Notes: generated by a model from the sequence alone, not told the origin. Positions 1-9,209 are shown, counted from the first letter of the stretch. The stretch is DNA of 64,000 nt from Candidatus Methanosuratincola verstraetei (GCA_049570475.1 CP186953.1:128001-192000), one strand, 5' to 3'. Program-made: numbers and translations.

Positions 1-252
1 ATCGGTGATTGAGGACAAAGCTCTGATTCTCAAGTTGATTAAGATACGGAAGGATTGCCGCCTGAATCTTAAGTGCTTGGAAAAGCTATGGATTAATGGC
101 AGAGGAGATCCGCGGTAAAGGGCTTCTGGAGTCGCCGGCGTAGGACCAGAAAGATTTCGGCAAATGAACGCGTTTGTTGAGAACCGCTTCCCCCCGATTG
201 AAATGATGGGGGCATCGAAGAGGGAAAAAAGACGGTTGCGGTTTTGCCTTTC

Positions 253-1725
253 TCATGCCTTTTTTTCGCTTCCAGCCCCGTGGAGCGGCTCGCCCAACGC
301 CCCCTTCGCGCACTCCATCAGCGACTCCACCAGGGTCGGGTGCGGCATCACCGAAGACGCGATGTCCTCCAGGCTCAGCCCCTTCTGGACTGCAAGGACG
401 CAGGCGCCGATCATGTCCGAGGCGTTCGCGCCGACGATCTGGGCCCCAATGATCCTCCCGCTCCCCTTCTCCGCGACGATCCTCACGAACCCCTCCGGGC
501 GGTTCATTGTCATCGCCCTGGCAAGAGCCGCGAGCTGGAACGTCCCGGACACCGCATCAATCCCCCTCTTCGCAGCCTCCTGATCGTCGATCCCGACGAC
601 CGCTATCTCAGGGTCGGAGTAGACGACGGACGGCACCGGGAGCGGATCCAGCCTCTCCCTCCTCCCCGCGATTATCTCAGCGACCTGGTACCCGTGGTCC
701 GAGGCCCTGTGCGCCAGGTAAGGCACCCCGACCACGTCCCCCACCGCGAATACACCGGGGGCGCCCGTCTCCATCCTGGAGTTGACTGCCACGAAGCCCT
801 TCCTGTCAAGCTGCACCCCAATCCTCTCAAGCCCGAGGCTGTCGGTGTTCGGCCTCCTGCCCACCGCGACGAGGACGCGCTCAGCCTCTATCGTGCTCCC
901 GTCCGAGAGCGTCGCGGCGTACCACACTTCCGGCGATCCGCTGCAGCCGCTTCCTTGCTCTCCGCTCGATGATCCTCCCGCGGCTCCGCCTTCCTTTCCT
1001 TCCCCCTCTCTCCTCTCCAGCCCCACAATCTTCTTCCCTATCCGCATCTCGACGCCAAGCTTCGCCAGCGAGTCGTAGACTGGCTTCACGACGTCCGGGC
1101 ACCAGCCGGGGAGGAGCTGGTCCATGATCTCCACTATGTATACCTTCGATCCCATCTCCGCGAGCGCGGTAGCCATCTCAACGCCTATCACCCCTCCGCC
1201 GACTATGCATATCGACCTGGGGAGCCTCTTCATCGCGAATACTTCGTCGGAGCTTATCACGCCTTTGGCGTCGAACCTCACGTCCGGGAGGTCGTAAGGC
1301 CTCGATCCGGTCGCCACCACGAAATTCTCAGCGCTTATTACTTCCCCGGATGGCGCCACCTCCACAGCCCCCCTTGAGGCGAACCTGGCTTCACCCTTTA
1401 CGAAGTCCACCCCCCTGGACCTCAGCAGGAACTCGATGCCCTTCCTCGACCTCTCAACGACATACTTCGTCCAGGAGGAAACCCTCTCGAAGTTGAGGCT
1501 CACCTGAACGTCCAGCCCGGACCTGGAGGCCCTCTTTGCGTCCCTGATAGTCTTGGCGACCGAGAGGAAAGCCTTCATCGGTACGCACCCACGGTTTAGG
1601 CATGTGCCGCCGACCTGGTCCCTCTCTATGAGCGCAACCTTCTTCCCGAGCTGGGCGGACCGCAGGGCGCATACGTAACCCCCGGGGCCTCCGCCGATTA
1701 CCACGACGTCGTAGTGCTTCTCCAT
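253..1725 (-). CDS. lpdA: Dihydrolipoamide dehydrogenase (E3)
   Basis: FAD motif GGGPGG, redox disulfide GGTCLNRGCVPMK, NAD motif GGGVIGVE and C-terminal HPTLVE. Start set at ATG 1725 (MEKHYDVVVIGG). Confidence 0.93.
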   Translation of the reverse strand: MEKHYDVVVIGGGPGGYVCALRSAQLGKKVALIERDQVGGTCLNRGCVPMKAFLSVAKTIRDAKRASRSGLDVQVSLNFERVSSWTKYVVERSRKGIEFLLRSRGVDFVKGEARFASRGAVEVAPSGEVISAENFVVATGSRPYDLPDVRFDAKGVISSDEVFAMKRLPRSICIVGGGVIGVEMATALAEMGSKVYIVEIMDQLLPGWCPDVVKPVYDSLAKLGVEMRIGKKIVGLERREGEGKEGGAAGGSSSGEQGSGCSGSPEVWYAATLSDGSTIEAERVLVAVGRRPNTDSLGLERIGVQLDRKGFVAVNSRMETGAPGVFAVGDVVGVPYLAHRASDHGYQVAEIIAGRRERLDPLPVPSVVYSDPEIAVVGIDDQEAAKRGIDAVSGTFQLAALARAMTMNRPEGFVRIVAEKGSGRIIGAQIVGANASDMIGACVLAVQKGLSLEDIASSVMPHPTLVESLMECAKGALGEPLHGAGSEKKA

Positions 1726-1960
1726 AAGGACACCAGCCGCAAACGGAACGAAATCAGATGTTGGAGAATGAATGGGTAGGAGGCGACAGAAAAAGCATTC
1801 GGTTCCCCCACAGAGTGCCAAAAACGCGCCATGGATCAATAACGGCGACCGTGCCAAGGCATCGAATGGAAGCTATACGAGGAGACGCCAAGAGAAGAGG
1901 GCGCTATCGAGGGCGCAGAAGAATGGCGTGGGATTGCGCGTATTTTCGACAGATATAAGC

Positions 1961-2380
1961 TCATTTTTTCAATATTCCAAGAAACTCGCCAACCGGCACG
2001 ATCCGGATCTTCTCATAACCGGCTTTTTTCAGCAGGTGCCTATCTCCGCTGACTATGTAGCCTGCGCCTGCTGCCAAGGCGCACTCGATGAACTTGTCGT
2101 CTGCAGGACGCTCGGCTATGAGTGTGACTTTCAGGCTCGCATTGACCAACTTGGAGATCCCAATTATGGTCTCAATCAGTTCTTCGTGGCGCATGCCTGC
2201 AGCCTCATAAACCCTTTTGATCTTGGGGTATTCCAAAACTTGGCTTATCTCCTCGATGATCTCCTTAGACGCGAAGATCTTGATCATTCCATCTTCTGCA
2301 GCATGCACCACCTCAGAAGGCCTTCCGCCCCAGATCAGCGCGGAGACCCAAACATTGGTATCAAGGACTGCCTTGGGCAC
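1961..2380 (-). CDS. PIN-domain (VapC-like) toxin
   Basis: VLDTNVWVSAL...E...DDKFIECA...IVSGDRHLL acidic PIN pattern. GTG start at 2380 overlaps the upstream AbrB gene. Confidence 0.88.
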   Translation of the reverse strand: MPKAVLDTNVWVSALIWGGRPSEVVHAAEDGMIKIFASKEIIEEISQVLEYPKIKRVYEAAGMRHEELIETIIGISKLVNASLKVTLIAERPADDKFIECALAAGAGYIVSGDRHLLKKAGYEKIRIVPVGEFLGILKK

Positions 2381-2621
2381 GCGCTTCCTCGATGATGGCA
2401 TCTATGTCCTGCTCCGAAAGCCCCATTTTTCTGACCTTTTCCCAAACAGGCTTCATGGCCTCCTCAAAGGACCTGTCAATCATTTTCTTGAGGACCACCG
2501 TGTCGCCTATGGCAACAACCAAGACTTTTTCGCCCTCCCTCAGACGGGCGGCTTTGCGTACATTCGCAGGTATGACCACTTGCCCTTTGGAGGAAATTTT
2601 AGTTGTGGACGCCTCGACCAC
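2361..2621 (-). CDS. AbrB/MazE/SpoVT-family antitoxin
   Basis: KISSKGQVVIPANVRKAARLREGEKV swapped-hairpin signature, directly upstream of the PIN gene. Confidence 0.88.
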   Translation of the reverse strand: MVEASTTKISSKGQVVIPANVRKAARLREGEKVLVVAIGDTVVLKKMIDRSFEEAMKPVWEKVRKMGLSEQDIDAIIEEARAQGSP

Positions 2622-2636
2622 AAGCTCACCCCAATA

Positions 2637-2656
2637 AAGTAAGAAACTTCTTACTT
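2637..2656. promoter_or_regulatory. Putative TA autorepression operator (9-2-9 inverted repeat)
   Basis: Perfect inverted repeat AAGTAAGAA-AC-TTCTTACTT 15 nt upstream of the AbrB start. Confidence 0.65.
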
Positions 2657-2874
2657 ATAGCAATAATGGAGCTGGGCATGATATTAAAAAAAGGGCTGGA
2701 CGCCAATTTGGCGGACAGGGAGCCAACCAGTCGGAAAAAGCAACACAATCTTCAGGAGAAAGGGCGCAAAGCGCTCCACGACAAGGCATAAAGTAAGGAT
2801 AAATCCATGCTGTTTTGATCAAAGCTGGAACAAATAAGATGAGGATGCAATCGGTTTTTGTAGCCACCGTGTGA

Positions 2875-3237
2875 TCAGCAGGCTTCGACGATCGAGAGGT
2901 TGTTGAGCCTCGCGCAGATCGCAGCCTCCTCCGCAGCCCCCTCGCCCTCGACGATGTACCTGTCAGTCTTCACCAGGCGGTCGTTCCTGAGCTCCACTCC
3001 CTTCTGCCTGTAGACCTTGAACCCGCGCCGCTTCAGCCCGCCTGCCATCATCCTGTACACCTTGGCAGGGAGGTCGATCATCGTCGGGGAGTAGATCACG
3101 ATCTCGTCCTCGTGCCAGACGAGGTCGTCGATCTCCTCGACCAGCGGGCGGCCCAAAGAGAGATCCCTCTTCTCCGCCTCCTCCTCAGCCTCGTCGATTA
3201 TCTTCTTCAGCGACTTCCTCGGCTTCCGCCTGGGCAT
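2875..3237 (-). CDS. Hypothetical protein (120 aa)
   Basis: GC3-rich, coding-like ORF from ATG 3237 (MPRRKPRKSLKK) with a TTTATA box just upstream. No family recognised. Confidence 0.7.
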   Translation of the reverse strand: MPRRKPRKSLKKIIDEAEEEAEKRDLSLGRPLVEEIDDLVWHEDEIVIYSPTMIDLPAKVYRMMAGGLKRRGFKVYRQKGVELRNDRLVKTDRYIVEGEGAAEEAAICARLNNLSIVEAC

Positions 3238-3615
3238 CTGCAGCACCTTATAAAAATACTCGGCGGAGGGGGGATTTAGGGTTTTGGGTGGGGGCAGTTC
3301 AGCCATTCCCAATGAAGAAATGAAAAGATTCCAAAAAGTGTAGAATGAAAAAGAACAAAGAACGGAATCAGCCGATTGGGTCGGAACAAGGTTCAAGCTG
3401 AAACTGAGCATAATTGTTCATGGCATCCGGCAAGATGCGCCGATCAGCCCGCCTGAAAGAGGCGTTTCAATTTGAGGGCGAGGAAAATGACCTTTTTATG
3501 CCAGGATCTGATCATCTTCCGTCAGACTGCCAGATGGAGGGCTCGTCAGCAACGGGACTGCTCCAGAACCCCACCGGAGGGCCGGCGCAGTACCAATTGG
3601 GTGATTACAAGAGCA

Positions 3616-3662
3616 CAAATGCCCAGCAGCAAACGGGCATTTGGGTCGAAATAGAAAAAAAG
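3616..3662 (-). terminator. Putative terminator (T-tract plus 9-bp hairpin) after the UPF0145 gene
   Basis: Minus-strand TTTTTTCTATTT right after the stop, then the inverted repeat CAAATGCCC-N10-GGGCATTTG (3616-3643). Confidence 0.4.
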
Positions 3663-3666
3663 CAGC

Positions 3667-3996
3667 TCATTCCTTCTCGAGAACGACCGCGGTCCCGTAG
3701 GCGAAGACCTCCGCGGCTCCGGCAGCCACCGACGCGGTCATGAACCTGATCCCGATGACGCCGTTAGCGCCCATCTCCTTTGCGTTCTGGATCATCCCCT
3801 TCAGGGCGATGTCCCTAGCCTCGGCGAGCATCTCGGTGTATTCCTTAACCTCGCCGCCGACGATGTTCCTCAGCCCGGCCACAATGTCCTTCCCTAGGTG
3901 CTTCGCCCTCACGGTCGCACCCCTAGCTATCCCGAGTATCTTTGCGACCCTGAAGCCCGGGACCTGCTCGGTTGTTGTTACGATTATGTCCTCCAT
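3667..3996 (-). CDS. UPF0145 / YbjQ-family putative heavy-metal-binding protein
   Basis: IIVTTTEQVPG...GKDIVAGLRNIVGGEVKEYTEML...GANGVIGIRF...AYGTAV. Start at ATG 3996. Confidence 0.9.
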   Translation of the reverse strand: MEDIIVTTTEQVPGFRVAKILGIARGATVRAKHLGKDIVAGLRNIVGGEVKEYTEMLAEARDIALKGMIQNAKEMGANGVIGIRFMTASVAAGAAEVFAYGTAVVLEKE

Positions 3997-4265
3997 TGTC
4001 GACACCTTTGGAATTAGGTGATTGATCAGGAGATTTATCTTTTGCGACCTATTTTGATGGCACCAACTTTCGATCCAGAAAGCCATGCTACCGCCAGTTT
4101 TTGTCTGCCGCCAGAATGCCTGAGGGGTTGCAATTTTTGGATCGAGCCCTTCTGGGCGCGGTTGTCCGCAAGGAAGCCCAAAACCGCTTGTCCGAGATCC
4201 TGTCATATATGAAGGTCGAAATTTTTTAGAACGCCAGAGAACAAATTGAATATGTTTTGATGTGC

Positions 4266-5411
4266 CTATATCAGGAATCCTAAGAGAGGATTAAATGTAG
4301 CACTTTTTGTTTCGGCAACTGATTCGAATATCCGAATTCCTCTTTCAGGATCCCTGTTCTGCGCCTTGATCCACTCCTCCAGTTTTTCGATTGCCTTGCC
4401 GGACCCTATGGCCTCAAAGGCGACAGCTGCACCGTCGGCGATTGAGTCAGACTTCCCTGAGAGGTAAATCAGGGCACCTGCATTCGCAGCCGTCATCGCA
4501 GCCTTGGGGCGATCCTCGCCTGAAAGCGCCCTTATCAGCGCCCTCGCCTCGCCCTTTGGGTCCGAGGATGCCAAGATCTCTGACTCGTCCACGGAAGCAC
4601 AAACGCCTACATCCTTGGGGGCTAACTCATAAGTCGATATTGTACCATCATCGAAGAGCTCGGCTACGTATGTCTCCCCGATGATCGAGACCTCGTCGAT
4701 GCTCTTCCCTGTCCTGCTGCTGGTGCCGCTTACCACGAGCGCCCGCTTGTACCCTATCTCGCGCATCACCTCGGCGACAGGGAGAAGGAGATTGCGGCTG
4801 TATATGCCCCGGAGGCCTATCCTCGGCATTGCTGGGTTTGCCAACGATGCGGCGATATTCAATACTGAGCCGAACCGTATGTCCTTCAGGATCCTGGCGA
4901 GGCCGGGGTGGAGCGCCGGGTTCATCCCGTTGAATATGCCTATGTTGCAGCGCTCTATGCTCTTCTTCACGCACTCTACTGGGCAGTCTACATCAATGCC
5001 CAGCGCCTCTGCAACATCTATAGCCCCGCACTTCGAGGTGATCGCTCGCGCTGCGTGCTTGACAACCGGGATTCCGCAGCTTGCAGCGACGATGGAAGAG
5101 GCTGTGCTCACATTGAAGGTCTTCAGATCGTCCATACCGGTGCCGCTGTTCTCCACGAGCTTCATGCCAGGGATCTCGACCTTGGGCGTGTCATATTCAT
5201 AGACTGCCTCCCAGCAGCCTGCTACCTCCTCCGCAGTAGGGCCCTTGGCAGTGAGGGCCGCAAGGAAAGCCCCTGAAGGTATATCGGGTTGCTCATGGAA
5301 CAGGACCTGCCGCATCATCTCCTTCACTTCTTGCCTGCTCAAGTTCCTCCTCTTTATCAACGCATCCACCTTTAGCCCAAAACCTTTAAGCGGGGACTCT
5401 CCTCCAACCAT
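4266..5411 (-). CDS. trpD: Anthranilate phosphoribosyltransferase-like protein (divergent TrpD paralog)
   Basis: TrpD-fold motifs GAFLAALTAKG, ENSGTGMDDLKTFNVST, KHAARAITSKCG and IDEVS. The canonical GTGGD and KHGNR are altered, and no other trp genes are nearby. Confidence 0.75.
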   Translation of the reverse strand: MVGGESPLKGFGLKVDALIKRRNLSRQEVKEMMRQVLFHEQPDIPSGAFLAALTAKGPTAEEVAGCWEAVYEYDTPKVEIPGMKLVENSGTGMDDLKTFNVSTASSIVAASCGIPVVKHAARAITSKCGAIDVAEALGIDVDCPVECVKKSIERCNIGIFNGMNPALHPGLARILKDIRFGSVLNIAASLANPAMPRIGLRGIYSRNLLLPVAEVMREIGYKRALVVSGTSSRTGKSIDEVSIIGETYVAELFDDGTISTYELAPKDVGVCASVDESEILASSDPKGEARALIRALSGEDRPKAAMTAANAGALIYLSGKSDSIADGAAVAFEAIGSGKAIEKLEEWIKAQNRDPERGIRIFESVAETKSATFNPLLGFLI

Positions 5412-5419
5412 TGTGACCA

Positions 5420-5444
5420 CTATGGATGGATATTCCATCCATAG
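5420..5444. promoter_or_regulatory. 11-3-11 palindrome between the TATA box and the start of the trpD-like gene
   Basis: CTATGGATGGA-TAT-TCCATCCATAG, with minus-strand TTTTTATATT immediately upstream. Confidence 0.6.
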
Positions 5445-5492
5445 AAATATAAAAATTGCGGGTCTTGGGGGAGCATGCATACGGCAAAAAGA

Positions 5493-6518
5493 TCAGTTAG
5501 TTACAACTGCCCTCAGCTGCTTTTTCTCCTCAGCGGATCTGAGGCCCTCCTCAATATCATCCAGCCTGACAGCCCTTACCGTCAGCCAATCCAAGCTCAG
5601 ATCCTTGGCTAAAAGGTTGATCGCCATCCTATTATGGGATGATGTGCACCCGTAAGCCCCGACCAACATCTTCTCCTCGTAGTGGATTGAGTTCAGATCA
5701 ATATTTTTAATGGACTCCGAATCAGGCAGCCCCGAAAAAAGGCATAGCCTCCCGCCCTTAGCGAGCAAATCGAAGACGGGGTAAAGCGCTGCCGCACCCC
5801 CGAAAGCGGGGATTATTGCATCTGCCCCCCTGCCGTCGGTCTCCTCGTGTACCACCTCCACCAAATCCTCACTGCCCGGGTCAATCACCCTATCAGCGCC
5901 TGCCTTCTTTGCAAGTTCTGTCCTTTCCCTCATCACCTCGGCGACCAATACGCGGGCGCCTCTCAGCTTCGCAATCGACGCATTGAGCAGCCCCATTGTG
6001 CCAGCGCCCAAGATGAGCACAGTGTCATCCGGGGATATGCCGAGTTTCTCTGCGCAGTTGAGGCAGCATGCCAAGGGCTCCGTGAGAGTTGCCTTTTCGT
6101 AGCCCAGGGTCGAGGGGATTCTGTTCAGTCCTGCCATCCTGACCGACTCAGGAGGGACCTTCATCATTTCGGCAAATCCGCCGTCATAAGAGAATCCGAT
6201 GATTTTGATCTTTGAGCAAAGATTATCCCTGCCCGTCCTGCAGTTGCGGCATTCCCCGCAGACCACTCCTGGAAATATCTGGACGCGGTCCCCCGCCGAG
6301 AAGGCATCAGTCCTGCTCTCGATGACCACGCCAACAACTTCATGCCCCAATATCCTGGGGCATCGGAGGTCCCTTTGCCCCTTCCTCCACATCTTCACAT
6401 CGGTGCTGCATATCCCGCATGCCTTCACGCCTATCACTAGACCTCCAGGATCTGCTACGGGATCATCTACATTCTTAATAGCGATTTTTCCAACCGACAC
6501 AAGGACTGCTGCCTTCAT
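5493..6518 (-). CDS. Zn-dependent MDR dehydrogenase (threonine/sorbitol-DH-like)
   Basis: GICSTD, LGHE, structural Zn CGECRNCRTGRDNLC, LTEPLAC and GAGTMG. Start at ATG 6518 with a GTGAT RBS. Confidence 0.88.
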   Translation of the reverse strand: MKAAVLVSVGKIAIKNVDDPVADPGGLVIGVKACGICSTDVKMWRKGQRDLRCPRILGHEVVGVVIESRTDAFSAGDRVQIFPGVVCGECRNCRTGRDNLCSKIKIIGFSYDGGFAEMMKVPPESVRMAGLNRIPSTLGYEKATLTEPLACCLNCAEKLGISPDDTVLILGAGTMGLLNASIAKLRGARVLVAEVMRERTELAKKAGADRVIDPGSEDLVEVVHEETDGRGADAIIPAFGGAAALYPVFDLLAKGGRLCLFSGLPDSESIKNIDLNSIHYEEKMLVGAYGCTSSHNRMAINLLAKDLSLDWLTVRAVRLDDIEEGLRSAEEKKQLRAVVTN

Positions 6519-6543
6519 ATGGATCACTGGAATCGAGGATTTC

Positions 6544-6623
6544 ATTACAACTATCCCTGTTTTGTAATTTAAAATTGGTGAATGGATCATAAAGATGGGG
6601 ATAAGGAAAAAGATCCCCATCTT
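6544..6623. promoter_or_regulatory. Two inverted repeats upstream of the dehydrogenase gene
   Basis: ATTACAA-N11-TTGTAAT (6544-6568) overlaps a TATA-like TTTAAA. AAGATGGGGAT-N10-ATCCCCATCTT (6592-6623) is an 11-bp perfect stem. Confidence 0.5.
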
Positions 6624-6758
6624 GCAGGGCAATTTTTCGAGCCCGGAATCAACTTTCAGATTATTGGCGCTGAGCATGTCAGTTTAGCGTCTGGATGAAG
6701 ATAGCTCAGCAAAGCAATTTCCGCCAGCCAGCCACGGCTTGCCATCCAATCGGCGGGA

Positions 6759-7616
6759 TCATCTCGTCGAGAGGACCAGCCCCATTATCACGAGGGCGGA
6801 CCCGATGAAGAATAATCCGTCAAGGCGCTCGCCCAGGAATATGAATGCAAATGCCGAGGCTATCACGGGGATCAGGAAGAGGTATGACCCGGCCTCTGAG
6901 GCTGTTGTCTCGGAGAGGGCCCTGTTCCAGAGCAGATACCCCACTGCAGAGGAGAAGACGCCGAGCATGACCAGCGAAAGCCAGGAAGAGGGGAGGATGG
7001 GGACTGCGAATCCCTCGATCGCCAGGGCAATGGGGGCAAGGAAGATCATCCCGAAGAGCGTGGAGTAGGCGGTGATCTCAATTGGGCTGCTCCTGAGGAG
7101 CCTCTTCTTCGTGTACAGGGAGTAGGCGACCCAGGAGAAGACCGAGCCGAGGCAGATCAGATCCCCGAGGAAAGAAGGGCTCCCGAATGAGGCGCCGTCC
7201 CTGAGCACCACCAGGACTACCCCAGAGAATGCGATGAGGATCCCCGATGCCTTGGCCTTGGAGAGCCTCTCGCCAAGGAGGATCCGGCTGAAGAGCGCTA
7301 TGAAGACTGGGTTCGAGGCGATTATGACGCTGGACTCGGAGGCGCTGGTGTACCCCATCCCGACGTTCTGGAAGAGGTGGTACAGCGTTACCCCAGTCAG
7401 ACCAAGGAAGAGGAGCGGCCCCCACTCCCTCTTTTCGATGCTTTGGGGCTGGCCCAGAGGGCGCCCCATCAGAAGGAAGAGCAGGGGGATCGCTATGGCG
7501 AACCTCAGGAATGCCAGCGTCACAGGCGGAACTTCCTCCAGGCCGATCTTCACGAATATGAAAGAAGTCCCCCAGAAGAAGACAGTGATGAGCAGGTATA
7601 GTGCGCTCTTCTTCAT
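6759..7616 (-). CDS. EamA/DMT-family transporter
   Basis: FWGTSFIFVK, LAFLRF, two repeats ending in LGERL, about 10 TM segments. Confidence 0.9.
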   Translation of the reverse strand: MKKSALYLLITVFFWGTSFIFVKIGLEEVPPVTLAFLRFAIAIPLLFLLMGRPLGQPQSIEKREWGPLLFLGLTGVTLYHLFQNVGMGYTSASESSVIIASNPVFIALFSRILLGERLSKAKASGILIAFSGVVLVVLRDGASFGSPSFLGDLICLGSVFSWVAYSLYTKKRLLRSSPIEITAYSTLFGMIFLAPIALAIEGFAVPILPSSWLSLVMLGVFSSAVGYLLWNRALSETTASEAGSYLFLIPVIASAFAFIFLGERLDGLFFIGSALVIMGLVLSTR

Positions 7617-7777
7617 TAGCAAACACAGTGATGACTTGCAAGGATCAGCAAGATAGGCTTTTTGATGCCCCGCCCAGACCCGCTTCCGGCGAGGGTTCCG
7701 GGCGCTCCCGCCGATCGTGAAGCGATAGCCTTAAAAGCCGGCGCTGAACTTCAGAATGCTCTTTGCGGGTGATGCGT

Positions 7778-8407
7778 ATGGAAATTTTCAGCATAGTAGC
7801 CAAGGTGGTAGCGACATTCATCCTCGCACTCATATTCGGCATTCAGAGACAGCGCTCGTTCAAGCCCGCCGGGTTCGGGATCTACGTCTTCGTGGCGATG
7901 GCGGCTTGCGGGCTCTCGATAGTCGCGCTGGATGAGGTGCAGGAAGGCGCGGTGCCGCTCCTGGCCGCCATAGTGACCGCGACAGGCTTCCTCGGCGCGG
8001 GCGCGCTGATAAAGACCTCGAACAAGGTATTCGGGTTCACCACGGCTGCAAGCATCTGGTTCTTCGCATGCTTCGGCGTTATCATGGCATTGGGGGAGTA
8101 CGCGGTGGCCGGGACGCTCTATGCCCTCGTGCTAGCCTCGCTCGCCCTCGACAAGGCGCTCGACAGGAAGGGGATAGGCACCCAGGAGAAGGTCACCGTC
8201 TACACGAGCGAGATAGTCGACCCTTGCGAAGTAGAGGGGGAGATAGCCGAGTGCACCAAGAACTTCAGGTTCGAGGGCATAGAGGAGGACAAGGAGTCTG
8301 GGAGGATGGCGCTGACCTACACGATATACGGCAGGAAGGACTGCATACCCCTCCTTGCCAGCAGGCTCAGGAGCAAGAAGTGGTTCAATGCGCTGAAGGG
8401 GGAGTAG
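7778..8407 (+). CDS. MgtC/SapB-family membrane protein
   Basis: FGIQRQRSFKPAG, ATGFLGAGALI and GFTTAASIW, with a soluble C-terminal ACT-like domain. GGTGAT RBS. Confidence 0.85.
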   Translation: MEIFSIVAKVVATFILALIFGIQRQRSFKPAGFGIYVFVAMAACGLSIVALDEVQEGAVPLLAAIVTATGFLGAGALIKTSNKVFGFTTAASIWFFACFGVIMALGEYAVAGTLYALVLASLALDKALDRKGIGTQEKVTVYTSEIVDPCEVEGEIAECTKNFRFEGIEEDKESGRMALTYTIYGRKDCIPLLASRLRSKKWFNALKGE

Positions 8408-8577
8408 GCGGCGCCCTGCGACTGCACGAATCGGGGGCGGAGCAGGAGCGATCTGCAAAGGGCTACCCCCATTTCCCCATTGCCCATTAAAACTTTCCCG
8501 TTCGATTTACGCGCCCGCGGGGGGCGGCACCGGAAAACGTAAAACGAGAAATCTTGCAGGGCCTGGCTGCGTATTCG

Positions 8578-8958
8578 CTAGAAGATCCGTTTCACTTCGG
8601 GTATGCCATCAAAGTCTCTGTCATTTGAAATTACGGTGTTTATTCCGTGCTGCAGCATTGTGGAGAGGTGCACCCTGTCCTCGTAGTCTCTCGGCTTATC
8701 CAATACTTTGGCCAAGGCGAAAGTTTCTTTGGTCAGAGGCAGGAGGTCGACTTCAAGCTCCTCTAGCATTTCACAGACATTCTCCAGGTTTGTCAAGACG
8801 TGCAGCAGCCAGACGGAGAAGACGGAGGTTGCAAGCGCTCCAGAACGGTCTTCGATGTGCTGCTTGGCCTTGAGGCTGAACTCGTCGTGGGCGGTAAGGA
8901 AATAGTACAGCGCGTCCACATCAATGCAAATCTTCTCTGAGGATCTTCTCTGTGCCAT
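8578..8958 (-). CDS. PIN-domain (VapC-like) toxin
   Basis: ICIDVDALYY...DYEDRVHLSTM...ISNDRDFD. The usual second acidic residue after TS appears replaced. Confidence 0.8.
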   Translation of the reverse strand: MAQRRSSEKICIDVDALYYFLTAHDEFSLKAKQHIEDRSGALATSVFSVWLLHVLTNLENVCEMLEELEVDLLPLTKETFALAKVLDKPRDYEDRVHLSTMLQHGINTVISNDRDFDGIPEVKRIF

Positions 8959-9166
8959 GCTTCAATGCCTCATCGATTTCTTCAGGGGTCCTATAGATCG
9001 GCCTACCCGCGACCCCATAGTACTTCTTGACTGCTGGCTTTATTGGAGAGAGGACGATATTCTCATTGTCCACATGTATTCTGAATTTTCTGTACCGTAG
9101 CCTCCCCCTTACCTCAGATGGGAGGTATATCCTGCCCTGCCCGTCTATTTCGACAATCTCTCCCAT
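8921..9166 (-). CDS. AbrB/MazE/SpoVT-family antitoxin
   Basis: VEIDGQGRIYLPSEVRGRL signature, overlapping the downstream PIN gene. Confidence 0.87.
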   Translation of the reverse strand: MGEIVEIDGQGRIYLPSEVRGRLRYRKFRIHVDNENIVLSPIKPAVKKYYGVAGRPIYRTPEEIDEALKHGTEKILREDLH

Positions 9167-9181
9167 AATTTTCCACTCACA

Positions 9182-9209
9182 TATTCCATTTTATAATGGT
9201 TTTGGAATA
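9182..9209. promoter_or_regulatory. Putative TA operator over the TATA box
   Basis: TATTCCA-N14-TGGAATA overlapping CCATT-TTAT-AATGG, upstream of the second AbrB gene. Confidence 0.45.

Noticed and set aside
3414-3743. 109-aa plus-strand ORF in the long intergenic gap
   Set aside because: It has no motif, overlaps the YbjQ gene and its terminator, and its composition is not coding-like.
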